This document shows, piece after piece, positions 32,539 to 43,252 of a stretch of DNA of 64,000 nucleotides (positions are counted from its first letter, which is position 1; every line of letters starts with the position of its first letter). The notes under the pieces were generated by a model that searched no databases, had not been told where the DNA came from, and saw only the letters and a list, made by a program, of their open reading frames with translations. Origin of the DNA: a virus. The DNA is taken from positions 1 through 64,000 of IMG/VR virus record IMGVR_UViG_3300020020_000001. The stretch is one strand, 5' to 3'. The position numbers and the translations under genes are program-made.

Positions 32539-32572
32539 GGTAGCCAGCACCTAAGAATAAGTGCTGGCTACC
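32539..32572 (-). terminator. Stem-loop between ssb and primase
   Basis: GGTAGCCAGCAC / GTGCTGGCTACC 12-bp inverted repeat. Confidence 0.55.
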
Positions 32573-32584
32573 TACACTATGGTG

Positions 32585-33049
32585 CTATGGTAGAAGGGAC
32601 GAATCACCAGTCTTTACACCACTGCGAGTAGGTGCCTTGAAACCCTTAACCTCGAAGCGCTCAGACAGTTCAGTACCATCTGGTAGAGTGGTGGCAGCCT
32701 TCTTGAATCCACGAACGTTTACATTCTGGCCAATGATGTCATCAAGCTGAGGGACAATGAAATCGCCAGCATTTGTGTCATGGCCGAGTGCCTTCATAAG
32801 CTGCGCAAAGCTGTATAGCGCACCATCGAAAAGCATGACAGAAGCAATGAGTGTGGTGCCTGCGTATGCGCCATCCTGGATCACCAGGCGTAGCTGCCAG
32901 TAAGGCTTGCCAGTGTTCTTCCGTCCGGGCTTTACGTCTTTGATTTCGCCGTCAGTGATTGCTACTAGGTACTCACCACTTGGAGGAATTTCGCGAACGG
33001 TCGAGCCGGCTTCTTGATCTGTAAAATTAACTTTCAGCGGTTGCGTCAT
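32585..33049 (-). CDS. DUF669-like single-stranded DNA-binding protein
   Basis: P.GEY.V.I.D.E, position next to the AAA ATPase. Confidence 0.7.
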   Translation of the reverse strand: MTQPLKVNFTDQEAGSTVREIPPSGEYLVAITDGEIKDVKPGRKNTGKPYWQLRLVIQDGAYAGTTLIASVMLFDGALYSFAQLMKALGHDTNAGDFIVPQLDDIIGQNVNVRGFKKAATTLPDGTELSERFEVKGFKAPTRSGVKTGDSSLLP

Positions 33050-33788
33050 TATCTGTTAACCCCTTGACTGCTTTCCATATGGTTGACATAGTTGGTTGCT
33101 GGATAACTTGTTCTAGTCTGTCTGTGCGATCCTTAGCCACGTTGTCTTGAGTAGCACCACACAGTAACATTCTTCGCTGTTCTCCATCAACCTCCTTGGT
33201 ATATAAATAAGATACGATGTCAAGAAAGCCTGCAACTTCATCGGCGACTTTACCAGATAGGTATGGTTTAGTTCTAGTGGTTCCGTTGCGAGGATTCTTG
33301 TCCGTCTTGGAAAGTGCAGTAAAGATGGTGTTTATTGGAAGGTCTCGGAACAGCCGGACAAACTTCCTGGTCTGCTCAATGTTGATATTCCATTCGCGAA
33401 TGCCAGGTACATCGGCATCGCGGTCTTCGTGTTCTTTGACAAGCTTACGCATGATCTCATCCATGGACATCTTCTGAATCTCAGTCAGTGAGTCCAAGAC
33501 CACAGTGTTATAACCGTGGTTGTCTAGATACAGTTCATTGTAGACATTTTGCATGTCTACCCATGACTTGATGCGTACGCTGTCAACGTTTGGGTAACGA
33601 GAGCGTAGGGATAAAGTTCCACCTTCAATGTCCAGGATCAAAACCCTGCGCATTTCCGGGACATCATCCGCTGAACCTGCTAGGGTGGTCTTACCTGCTC
33701 CGGACTCTCCATACACAAGGAAGTTGAAAACTACCGGAGCATCTGTAACTTTGACGACTGGTAGACCTGCGATGCTAGCTAGTGACAT
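33027..33788 (-). CDS. AAA_24 / Sak4-like recombination ATPase
   Basis: YGESGAGKTT, DIEGG, VLDSLTE, AKDR. Confidence 0.85.
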   Translation of the reverse strand: MSLASIAGLPVVKVTDAPVVFNFLVYGESGAGKTTLAGSADDVPEMRRVLILDIEGGTLSLRSRYPNVDSVRIKSWVDMQNVYNELYLDNHGYNTVVLDSLTEIQKMSMDEIMRKLVKEHEDRDADVPGIREWNINIEQTRKFVRLFRDLPINTIFTALSKTDKNPRNGTTRTKPYLSGKVADEVAGFLDIVSYLYTKEVDGEQRRMLLCGATQDNVAKDRTDRLEQVIQQPTMSTIWKAVKGLTDNDATAES

Positions 33789-33855
33789 GCAAAATCCTTA
33801 ATACTACTTTTGTCCGAATTGTGACGTTTCGTATTAATTTTCTTGGTGGACACTA

Positions 33856-33884
33856 AGTCTAACATCGCAGGCTAGCCAGCACAA
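33856..33884 (-). promoter_or_regulatory. Putative promoter for the replication genes
   Basis: TTGTGC-N17-TAGACT with TGn extension on the - strand. Confidence 0.55.
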
Positions 33885-33895
33885 GGCCCTATGAA

Positions 33896-34285
33896 TCAGA
33901 AAGTTTCGATGCGAGACTGCTCATAGACCTCATCGTCTTCGTCATCATCGTCGTCGTCTTCGTCGTCGTCTTCGTTCTCGTCTTCATCATCGTCTTCGAA
34001 CTCGTCATCGAGGTCATCGTCTTTGGATGCTGATACGTCAGCCTTTGGTAGATCTGAGGTGTTCTTAACCTCAGTAGTGCGAGGTCCGTAACCGCCGAGA
34101 ATATTAGCAGTGTACTCAACACCAGTGCTTGGGTCCTTAACAAAGTCATCGATCGACTTAACGACACTAGGATCCGCAGTTGCTGGATACGTACTAGTAA
34201 CCGGGATACTTTCTTCACCGTCCACCTTGACGAAGGTATCTGGCGACGAGAATGCTGAGTTAGTGGTAGTTGGTTCGTTAGACAT
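33896..34285 (-). CDS. Highly acidic protein with poly-Asp/Glu tail
   Basis: DDDLDDEFEDDDEDENEDDDEDDDDDDEDDE; RBS AAGGAG. Confidence 0.65.
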   Translation of the reverse strand: MSNEPTTTNSAFSSPDTFVKVDGEESIPVTSTYPATADPSVVKSIDDFVKDPSTGVEYTANILGGYGPRTTEVKNTSDLPKADVSASKDDDLDDEFEDDDEDENEDDDEDDDDDDEDDEVYEQSRIETF

Positions 34286-35749
34286 TAGTTCCATCTCCTT
34301 GATCGACAAGCTTACTAGATGTTGTAGATTCTTCGTTCATTTGTGTAGCGTCTGACCTGTGTTGACAGTCACACCAAGTTCCGCCCTTGCAGTCCTTGGG
34401 CTTACTGTTGTGTGGACCCTTCTGACACGGTGGGCATACCATCACGCTGCTCCTTAGTAAGTCTGAATCACCTTGGTAAGGTAGTAAACCCTACCTTCCT
34501 GCTGAGAATCTGTCGACTCAACTGAGCATTGAAGACCATGAACGTTGAACGTGGTAACTTCCAAGTCCAGCTTCTCTAACTCGGTCATCTTTTTGGCAAT
34601 GACGATTAGCGTGTCGGCATTAACTCGCACGCTGCTCCTTCCATTTCTCGTACCAGCGGTAAAAGCGCTGTTGCTCCTTCGGGTTGTAATGTATGCAGTT
34701 ATGAATCAGATGGTTGTAGCAGAAGTTACCATCTTTAGCTGGTGGATATGGGTAATGAGCGCTGTATCGTCTAAGTGCACGAAAGCGCCAATATGCTTTC
34801 GACTTGCACTTGTACTTCTCGGTGCCTGTGGGTGGCTTACCGCCCATCGAATAAATAGCTTTGAGTGGCATGTGATTATACTTTAAGGCATCACATGTCG
34901 TAGCTTCTTTTAGTCGATCAATCCACGGTGTAGCAGCTAGTGCTTCTCGACGTTCAGCGCTTGTCAGTGCCATTAGCAACTGGCTTCCAGCGATAGATGG
35001 CGGCGACGATAGAGCTACCCACAGCAGCAGTAGCAAGGACGATAGTGATAATGTAATTAACCATTTTGTTTCCAATCATATTCGGCGCCACGCACTACGC
35101 GGCTGTCTTGAGTTTGTTCTGACATTGTAGATTCTCTGGCTTTGTAGTATGTTCCACCATCATCGCCAAGCGGCATGATGAACTTTGGTAGTGGCCATGC
35201 CATGAGTCCGGTGTGTGTCTTCTTCTTACCATCATATGGTCCACCAAGAAAAACCAGCACAAGTGGCTCATGCCATGGCTTATCCATTATTGTGTCTTTA
35301 CTATTTGTCGGTACGTTCCGCCTTCTGCAAGTAAAAGTGCGATGTAGTGTATTCGTACGGCGCTTCGGCCGGGCAGAGAAAGGATGAGATTTTCGTGAAG
35401 TAATGGTAAGTCACCTACCCACTCAGCTTGAGTGTTGTTATTTTTAGTGTATTCGATTTTCGTTATCACGTTCCGCCTAGACCTTCAGTTTCATAGTTAT
35501 AGTTTGAGATAGTGTCGTCGTAAAAGATTGCCCACTCGTGTGCATCAGATTCTTTGACTGCCTTGATGTGTTCACCATACGCCTGATACCACTTCTTGCA
35601 CAGAGTGTCCATAAATGCTTGCTTAGCAGCACGCCAGTCATCCACAGCTATTTCATCTGTGAAGAAACCCTCTACGTACTTGTTACCATCAACAATTGAG
35701 ACATACATGCCGCTCTGTACTTCGACCCGACGCACTGTGAGAGTAAGCA

Positions 35750-36196
35750 TTACTTCTCCTTGAAGTAGCTACCATCAGGAAGTATTACCAACGTCTCTAC
35801 ATTACTCTTTATTGCATATCGGTAGGTAGACCAAGTGCCAGAGCGTAAACGTTGACGATCACCTTTGGGTGCAACGATAAGTAGATCGCTGGCATCGACA
35901 ATACTTTGGTTACGTACTAGGTAATCTTGATCCGCCATGATAGTAGAAGATAGCGCAACTGCAAGCTTAGATTCGTATGTCTTGATAGTCGGCGGGTACG
36001 CCACGATAGGTATGGTTCCAAGCGTCGCAGCCATAATGGTGATCTGTTCATCGCCACCAACACAACAACCCTGATGCATACACAAACCTACAAGATCCTT
36101 AGTCATCGCATTGTACCGCAAGACGTCGAGAATTGCCTTTGCCTGTGGGCCAGTAACACCAAGCCGGGTGGCGGTGATACCAATGTGGAAAGTCAC
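35750..36196 (-). CDS. SLOG/DprA-like nucleotide-binding protein
   Basis: IGITATR, HQGCCVGGD, RNQSIVD.SD.LI, RSGTWST.RYA. Confidence 0.7.
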   Translation of the reverse strand: MTFHIGITATRLGVTGPQAKAILDVLRYNAMTKDLVGLCMHQGCCVGGDEQITIMAATLGTIPIVAYPPTIKTYESKLAVALSSTIMADQDYLVRNQSIVDASDLLIVAPKGDRQRLRSGTWSTYRYAIKSNVETLVILPDGSYFKEK

Positions 36197-36383
36197 TGCG
36201 TATCCCAGCGTTGCAAAGCTTCCATTGCGGTTAGAGCAGGTACTTCTTGGTTACTATGCTCACCAGTACACGCATTGTTGATAACACGAATGGCACACCA
36301 CATCACAAAGCGCTTAGGTGTCCTGTATGAAACCCAAATAAGGAATTTGTCAACTCTTTTGCCAACTCGATACTTCATTGGCA

Positions 36384-36737
36384 TCATGATCGCTTGTTAC
36401 CGTGACGGTGTGGTCTAGTCGAATTATAAGATACTTTGTTCCAAATCGCTTGCTCAATGTCAATTTTATAGTAAGCACAAATATCTAGAACTCGAATAAT
36501 AATGTCTGCCAATTCAATAGGTATACCTTCTGGCTTATGACTATCCTCAGCGTAATATGTTTCATTAAAACCTTTGCCATTACGCCATTCAAATAGTGCC
36601 TCAGATACTTCACCATGAATGTTGGCGAGCATACCATCAAAATCACGAACTAGATCTGGTTCATAGAATCCTTTAGCAACAGAGATACTATGAATGTAAT
36701 TAGCTAAATCGTTCATACTTTTTGGTGTGTCAGTCAT
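36384..36737 (-). CDS. MazG-like nucleotide pyrophosphohydrolase
   Basis: IHGEVSEA..E, KPEG...ELADIIIR.LD, N..RP.RHG. Confidence 0.85.
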   Translation of the reverse strand: MTDTPKSMNDLANYIHSISVAKGFYEPDLVRDFDGMLANIHGEVSEALFEWRNGKGFNETYYAEDSHKPEGIPIELADIIIRVLDICAYYKIDIEQAIWNKVSYNSTRPHRHGNKRS

Positions 36738-38029
36738 TAGTCTGTACTCGCTTCCTTCTGTTCCCAGTAATGAAGAGTCTTTCTTTCAAAGAGAGTATCA
36801 AGAGTATAAAGGTAGTCCTCGCCCATGTTCATCCCAAGACACGGTTGCTTAAATAGACACCAATTACAACTAAAACGACCCGGCTGTGGGTACACTCGCA
36901 GGTCTGCGCCAGTCATGTCCATTGCTTCTAGTGCAATAACACGACCAGCCTCTTTGATTTCATGCTGATTCTTATGTATCTGGTGCCTCTGCGTAAATCG
37001 TGGACCCTCAGATTTGAGCCGGAGGAGGTGATCATCGTAAAGTCCCATTTGCCATGCTGGATTGTCCTCACGCTGTACCGTTTCTAGGAACATTTCATGT
37101 GTGGTGAGGAAATCCTTATTAGTCGAGAAAGACCTGCCCTTGTAGAGTCTGCTCAACTTTTCGGGTGGGCGTGGGAAAGCCTTTTTAATCTCGACGTAGA
37201 CGAAGCCAGCGCAGTGAATCCCGTACTGCTCAAGGGCCCACAGGTAGCTCACAATCTGGTCGTCGAGCTGCAAGAACGACGCCTCAGCGTCTTCGTCGAG
37301 CAAACGCGCGGTAGTCTTCCAATCGACGATCCAGTAACGTCCTGAGCTATCCTGGAATAGTCCATCGAGTCGACCACCGTAGGTGACAGGAAGACCTTTC
37401 CAATGGTTTTCTCTATATTCAGACTCAGTAAGTACCGGACGAACGTAGCCAGGTTTGTCCTCTACTGGTAAGATAGGGATTATTGTCTGCATCCAACCTT
37501 CTGGATGCTTAGCAAATTTATTCCAGCATTGGTTACACTTGCAGAACATTTGCTGGTTTGTGTCTGGGTTTTTGATTGGTACTTCGAAAGAAACTTCAAC
37601 CCGAAGTGGTGTCCAGTTGTTGTCATACAGAGGAGACACAGTATCGCAGTAGTATTTAAGCATACCTAGACCGAGGTCTAGTCGTGTCTTGTACGATTCC
37701 AAAATGGTGACATCAGGATCTGGATTGAGCTTCTTATAGTTCTTGAGGTGGGTTTTGCATTCCTGCGCAAAGGCTACCAATGCTAAGTTACGGCGAATCT
37801 CGCGTGGACTTAGCCAGGTGCGTGGCTCGTAGAATGTTTCCATCGCCTTGTGGAAGGCCGTCCCAAACTCTAATGGTTCGGGTGTAGTCAGTGGATAGTA
37901 CATGTCACGGTAGATCCAATTCCACCGACGACGACAAGCTCTGAAAGCCCGTCGCTCAGAAGTGTGGAGTTGGTGCACAAGTTTGCGATCCATATACCAT
38001 TGGATCTTAGGATCAACTTCGAGTGACAC
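36737..38029 (-). CDS. PD-(D/E)XK exonuclease (Cas4/RecB-like)
   Basis: FRACRRRW, FGTAFH, GRLD, IVDWKT, C..C.F..PC. Confidence 0.85.
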   Translation of the reverse strand: MSLEVDPKIQWYMDRKLVHQLHTSERRAFRACRRRWNWIYRDMYYPLTTPEPLEFGTAFHKAMETFYEPRTWLSPREIRRNLALVAFAQECKTHLKNYKKLNPDPDVTILESYKTRLDLGLGMLKYYCDTVSPLYDNNWTPLRVEVSFEVPIKNPDTNQQMFCKCNQCWNKFAKHPEGWMQTIIPILPVEDKPGYVRPVLTESEYRENHWKGLPVTYGGRLDGLFQDSSGRYWIVDWKTTARLLDEDAEASFLQLDDQIVSYLWALEQYGIHCAGFVYVEIKKAFPRPPEKLSRLYKGRSFSTNKDFLTTHEMFLETVQREDNPAWQMGLYDDHLLRLKSEGPRFTQRHQIHKNQHEIKEAGRVIALEAMDMTGADLRVYPQPGRFSCNWCLFKQPCLGMNMGEDYLYTLDTLFERKTLHYWEQKEASTD

Positions 38030-38857
38030 GCAGAGCCTCCACCTTGTCTTGTAATTCTATGTTTACGCGCGTGCGAGAAATAGTTCCTTGCATCATGGAC
38101 ATGTTGAGAATTTCACCAACGAAGACTACCACACCACCAATAGTGATATGAAAATCACTTTTCTTACCATCAATCCAGTCGATGATAATTGGCTTGTTCT
38201 CTTGGTTACGACCTAGAAATTGATCACGGAGCTTCGGACCCATAATGGCTAACACTGCTACAATACCAGCTACCATGCCACTGCACAAGCCGATGAGTAA
38301 GAAAATTAGTTCACGCATGATGTGTCTTCTCACCGACACGAATACGTCTTGGTCGAGTGAGTTCAGTAAGCCAATCTGGTAATGTTTCCACGTCTAGTGC
38401 GTCATCATACTCGCCTGGGTTTGTTGGCATCCCAAGTAGAATTCCATACATGATTCGAGCTAGTGCTCGCGCCTCGTCACGTTCAGTCTGTGCGTCTACT
38501 AAATCGCTCTTTAAGTTTCTACTCATACCTGCGTTCCTTCATCCATTTTGAACGTTCACAATCACATAGCCAGGTTCCATCGAACATGGCGTGCCAAAAG
38601 AATTTGATTTCAGCGACGATCGCTTTAATCATCGCAGTCGAATTTCTAGATAAAGTGCCATGCGACTGCCGCACATTCTAACCAACTCAAAGCCATATGG
38701 GCTAGGCAAATAGAAAAGATCGCCTGTGGCAATCCACATACACAATTTCCAATCGTCACCACTATACACAACGTGTGAGTAACTGTAGTTTGGATACTTG
38801 TGCACATGAATTACTTCCCACTGACGATCCTTTCTATTACGCCGTACCTGGTATTCC

Positions 38858-40275
38858 TTATTCACCTTCATCTTGGTCGTCATCGAAGTCCTCTGCGGTT
38901 GGATCTGCCTTAGTGTCTCCGATGAGACGTTTGATCCAGGCCCATTTAGTCTGGATGATCTTTATACGTTTACGGTCAATGGTGTCATTGGCGATTATAT
39001 CAATGACCTGAACAGCCTGCTTTTGTCCAATTCGATGGAGTCTATCCTCTGCCTGAAGATTGAGGGCTGCGGACCAGGACCGATCAATAAATATAACGGT
39101 ACTTGCCGCCGTAAGAGTAATCCCAACTCCACCTGCGGCGATAGTTCCAGCAAATACTTGAACCTTACCCTCTTGAAATCCTGATACGATGCGTGCACGT
39201 TCGTCGGCAGGCGTTTCACCAATGAATTTGCCAACGGTGATGCCCTTCTTATCTAGCCTTGCTGCTAACAGTTTAATGACCTGAGCAAACTGACTGAAAA
39301 CCACAACTTGTTGTCCAGTGGACTCGATAATTTCCATCACCGCATCAATCTTACTAGACGGTTCGGAAAGCATCATCTTGCCCTTTTCTTCGTCGAACTC
39401 AGCGAAGGCGCAGGCAAATTGTTGTAGTCGAGTGAGTTGGGCAATGACCACTGGGGCCACTACTGGTTCGGCTTCACGCTCACCAATCCAGGCGAGCATA
39501 TCATCCTTCATAGACTTGTACGCACGAGCTTGCTTTGGGTGCAAGTCTACTCGAATTTCAGTGTAGTACTTCTCTGGTAGATCAACTAGTACATCTTCTT
39601 TTTTACGTCTGATGTAGAACCCAGACATTTCAGACTGTAGCTTCTCTGGGTTGTTGACACCAATAACTGTCTTGTACCCATTGAAGTTTTCAAACAAAAT
39701 GTGATCGTTGTAATAATTCCAGTAGCTGGACCAGTAACGTGGGTACAGCCAGTTGAGAATACTCCACAGGTCGTCTGGTTTGTCAAAAGCGGGTGTGCCT
39801 GTGAGTGCAGTCTTGTAACCTGCTGGAATTCTTTTTAGTGTCTTGCTTTGCTTTGAATTTCGATTTTGTAGCGCATGTGCTTCATCAGCAATAACGTGAA
39901 ACCACTTGACTTCTTCCAGTTCTGGAATTAGTCGAAGGGCTGGCCAGTGCATGATGAAGACATCATAATTCTCTTGCTCTAGTTCATCGATAAAGTGCGA
40001 ACGATCCTTGTTGTTAATTGGGAGAATATTGAGATCAGGTGCCCAAGCAAACCATGCACGTGTCCAGGTAGACACCATAGCCAGTGGGCAGATGATCAAC
40101 GTCTTCATTTTGTAGTCTGAAAATTGTGCTCGACGTACTAGATCTAGAGCAATAGCTTCGTGAGTTTTGCCAAGACCCGAGGTAACATGTCGTCACCAAT
40201 GAGAACGGCTTTTATACCTTTTAGTTTCTCAACTGCTTCCTGTTGAAATGGAAACAATTTCATTTGTGACGACAT
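38858..40275 (-). CDS. SNF2/DEAH-type helicase split into two frames by an 8-nt insertion at 40178-40185
   Basis: Upstream frame gives Q motif LFPFQ..AV and LIGDDM; downstream frame gives GLGKT, DEAH, LTGTP, QAEDRLHRIGQ. Confidence 0.85.
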
Positions 40276-41118
40276 ATTTTTAGATCACCGCCTTAGATCG
40301 AAAACGCGCAACGGCGTCATAAGTTAGTAGAATTAATCTCAATGAGTTTCGCTTCCTGGAGTAAGTGTTTGATCATAGAGCCGTTGCATCTGCGCCTGTA
40401 CTGCGTTTGTTCTATCAGGCAGAGTTGGGAAGCTCTTGTCTCTATCCAGTGTTGGCTCTGGAATCGTGCCATCAGCATTAATCTGCACAATCCAAGATGT
40501 ATCAAGCCACTCACAGCGTGAGTTGCGACAGTACACAGTCTTTAGTTCACCTGCACCGTGTCGCAATACCTTGCCCTGTGCTGATACTTGTCCAGGTTGA
40601 TTACATTTAGGACAACGGCTAGCTTCTTCGAATTTTGTATCAGCCATGCTGATTTCCTCTCAGCTCTGCAAGTTCTCGTTCTACTACATCGAGACGCTGC
40701 CGAATGACTACAAGATCATTGATAAGCGAATCATACCTATTTGGTATGGTCTTACGTTCTATAGCATAACTGTTTCCCATGAAATCTTCGTACTGTTCCA
40801 TGGTAGGTCGGTAATGCAGTAGGTAAATGCTTTTACGAATCTTGTTGCCCATAATCAGCAAGGTAACTGCGTTCATGGCCTTGAGTGTTGCTGTTGCATG
40901 TGTAATAGATGAAGGCAACAAGTTAAGCTCTGTCGCAGCAATCTTGGTAACGTAACCTTCGAAGACAAGAATCTCTTCGCCCTCACGAGCTGGATATCCA
41001 TACTCTTGCAGCTCAATTGCTGGTGTCATCTTTGCATGCTCAGCTAGTTTATCGTAAATTTCCATTGCATTTTGAAATGCAATTCTACCGCCGCGCTTCG
41101 CGAGTGGTTTGTCTGCCA

Positions 41119-41985
41119 TCACTGCTCGATTGGCTGTGGGAAGGCCATCGTTGAGCGCCAGGAAATTGCATTCCGACGCTTCTTATTGGCGTAATCATTC
41201 CAAGCAATGATGTAAAGTGCCAAGTGCATAGCAGCATCACGACGCATCTTGGGTTGACCCTTTGATCGAACCATGTATTCACGGAGCACACGACGTGGAT
41301 CATCGTTGCCAGTGTAATTCAGGCCGCTATATAGCGCTTCCAAGAATTCGTTGTGTGGTCCTGTTGGATAGGCACGTTCACAGACAAAGTAGCCAGCCGT
41401 AACTGCTGATGGAATAAATCCAACAGGAATCAACGGAGTGGCGTATGGAACGTATTCAATCAAACCAGTTTTCTGAACAGTCTGTAGGATTTCGTGGTTA
41501 GAAACCTTAGTACCACGCCAGTACTTGTATTCCAGGTTGTCAAACTGAAAAACCAGACGAGCAGCCGCTGCGAGTGAATTCTGATTTGAGTAACCTGCAA
41601 TGGCAAGAATCTGTGCCGCAGACCGAGGCAAACCAGTGTCCAAAACGTCGAATACATCGTCTTCAAGTCCAAACGTAACCTGCATTTGGATCTTGATCTT
41701 TGGGTTTGCTGGCAAAGTCTCATCACCCATAGTGGCACCTTGTTCACCAGCTTGAATGACTGCCATGATACGGTGCTGGCCATCCTTCATAAAGCCAGAC
41801 TTGGCAAAACCAATACCTTGATGGGTGAGTCGCCACTTGCCTTTCAGCATGTCAAATGCATACTGGTTGACCTTGCGTGCACTCATCGGACGGTTAGTAC
41901 CAAATTCGCCACGCTGGTAGGGCAAATTCTTTTCTGCCCAATCCTTAGCCTTTGTGAGTGTTACGTCGTGGACTTCCGTTTTCAT
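41119..41985 (-). CDS. ParB/Srx-like domain protein
   Basis: NR......V..YA.DM..G.W, DGQHR. Confidence 0.65.
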   Translation of the reverse strand: MKTEVHDVTLTKAKDWAEKNLPYQRGEFGTNRPMSARKVNQYAFDMLKGKWRLTHQGIGFAKSGFMKDGQHRIMAVIQAGEQGATMGDETLPANPKIKIQMQVTFGLEDDVFDVLDTGLPRSAAQILAIAGYSNQNSLAAAARLVFQFDNLEYKYWRGTKVSNHEILQTVQKTGLIEYVPYATPLIPVGFIPSAVTAGYFVCERAYPTGPHNEFLEALYSGLNYTGNDDPRRVLREYMVRSKGQPKMRRDAAMHLALYIIAWNDYANKKRRNAISWRSTMAFPQPIEQ

Positions 41986-42181
41986 CTTGTGTGCTCCATG
42001 TATGTATTAACCAGTATATAGTAGTTCGGTTGATTCCAGTCATACGTGCAAGATTGGTTACTTGGTTCGTTTTCATTGCTTTAAGCAGTAAATTTGCTAC
42101 CACTTCTCTTTGCTTTTTATATTCTATTTCGTCAGAGTTTAACTTTAGTACCGCCTCCAATAGAGCCGCATGTATATTCAT
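41945..42181 (-). CDS. Small HTH DNA-binding protein
   Basis: VTNLARMTGINRTTIYWL. Confidence 0.6.
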   Translation of the reverse strand: MNIHAALLEAVLKLNSDEIEYKKQREVVANLLLKAMKTNQVTNLARMTGINRTTIYWLIHTWSTQDENGSPRRNTHKG

Positions 42182-42234
42182 GTTAGGCTCCTAGTTTACC
42201 GATCTTCATGGCTTTCTCCTTGATTATGAATTTG

Positions 42235-42310
42235 TGGTAGTCCCGGTCGGGATCGAACCGACGACCGTCGCATTAAGAGTGCGCTACTCGTTCCACTGAG
42301 TTACGGGACT
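42235..42310 (-). tRNA. tRNA-Lys(CTT)
   Basis: Cloverleaf, GGTTCGATCCC T-arm, encoded CCA. Confidence 0.9.
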
Positions 42311-42321
42311 AGGTACTTGGC

Positions 42322-42350
42322 AGTGTGTCAGAGAACTGTCGCGCTGTCAA
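42322..42350 (-). promoter_or_regulatory. Putative promoter
   Basis: TTGACA-N17-CACACT upstream of tRNA-Lys. Confidence 0.45.
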
Positions 42351-42380
42351 GCACATTTATGTATTTGAATGTGTCTATTT

Positions 42381-42845
42381 CTAGCTCTTGTCGAACCAAT
42401 CATAGTACTCATAACGGTCTTCGTATCTAATAAGTGTTGGTTCGAAGCCAACCTTGATCTCTTGTCACCACATTAGCATTCGACCAGTTCGACCGTTGCC
42501 ATCAATGAATGGATGGATGTGCTCAAATCGGATGTGCTCCATCCTTGGTGTATTGGTCAGATCTGTAAGCCATTCATCCATAAGTGTTGGCACATCACGC
42601 CAGTGTGGGCAGTCACGGCCACCAACGGTGACGTTGGTTAGTCGATAGGAACCACGTCCACCAGGCTTCAATAACAAGAAGTTCATCATGATAGCGCTGT
42701 GCAATTCGAGTACCATAAACTCATTGAGTGGACCTGGATGATCCTTGATGAGATTCCAAGCTATCCAACTCTGCCCAATTTCAGCTTCGTCTGTAACACC
42801 TTCGATAAGGTTGGACTGTCGGATGTGATCTTCAGTTATATTCAT
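42381..42845 (-). CDS. Fic-domain protein with in-frame TGA at 42465-42467
   Basis: Canonical HPFIDGNGRTGR motif; frame continues after TGA as QEIKVGFEPTLIRYEDRYEYYDWF. Confidence 0.8.
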
Positions 42846-43179
42846 ACTCGTCTTCCGAATCTTCTTCCCAGTCGAGTGCTTCGGCTACTTCTCTGACTGC
42901 TACCTTGCGCATCTCATATTGAGCCTCATAAGCAAAAATATCTAGCTCATGCTTTGGCTGTGGGATGTGATTGATACCCAAAACAGAGCGCTCGTAGTTC
43001 ATCTTACTTGGCTTACGGCAACGAGAACACACCCACAGACCAGACGGTCGGTCGAGTGTGTACCCATCCTGACTTCTATGTGCACCACGCCGATGGCAGT
43101 TACACCATGGATGGATATTGAGTTCGACCATTAGTGTCCTTTTGTTGATGTCCGTTTTGTCCTTGAGATTTACGTGCAG

Positions 43180-43252
43180 TACCCACAGTAGGGATCGAAC
43201 CTACGACTTACTGCTTAGAAGGCAGTCACTCTATCCGCTGAGTTATGTGGGC
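43180..43252 (-). tRNA. tRNA-Arg(TCT)
   Basis: Cloverleaf, loop CT-TCT-AA. Confidence 0.9.

Noticed and set aside
36737-38029. Cas4 as part of a CRISPR system
   Set aside because: A stand-alone PD-(D/E)XK nuclease in the replication module; no other cas genes or array are present.
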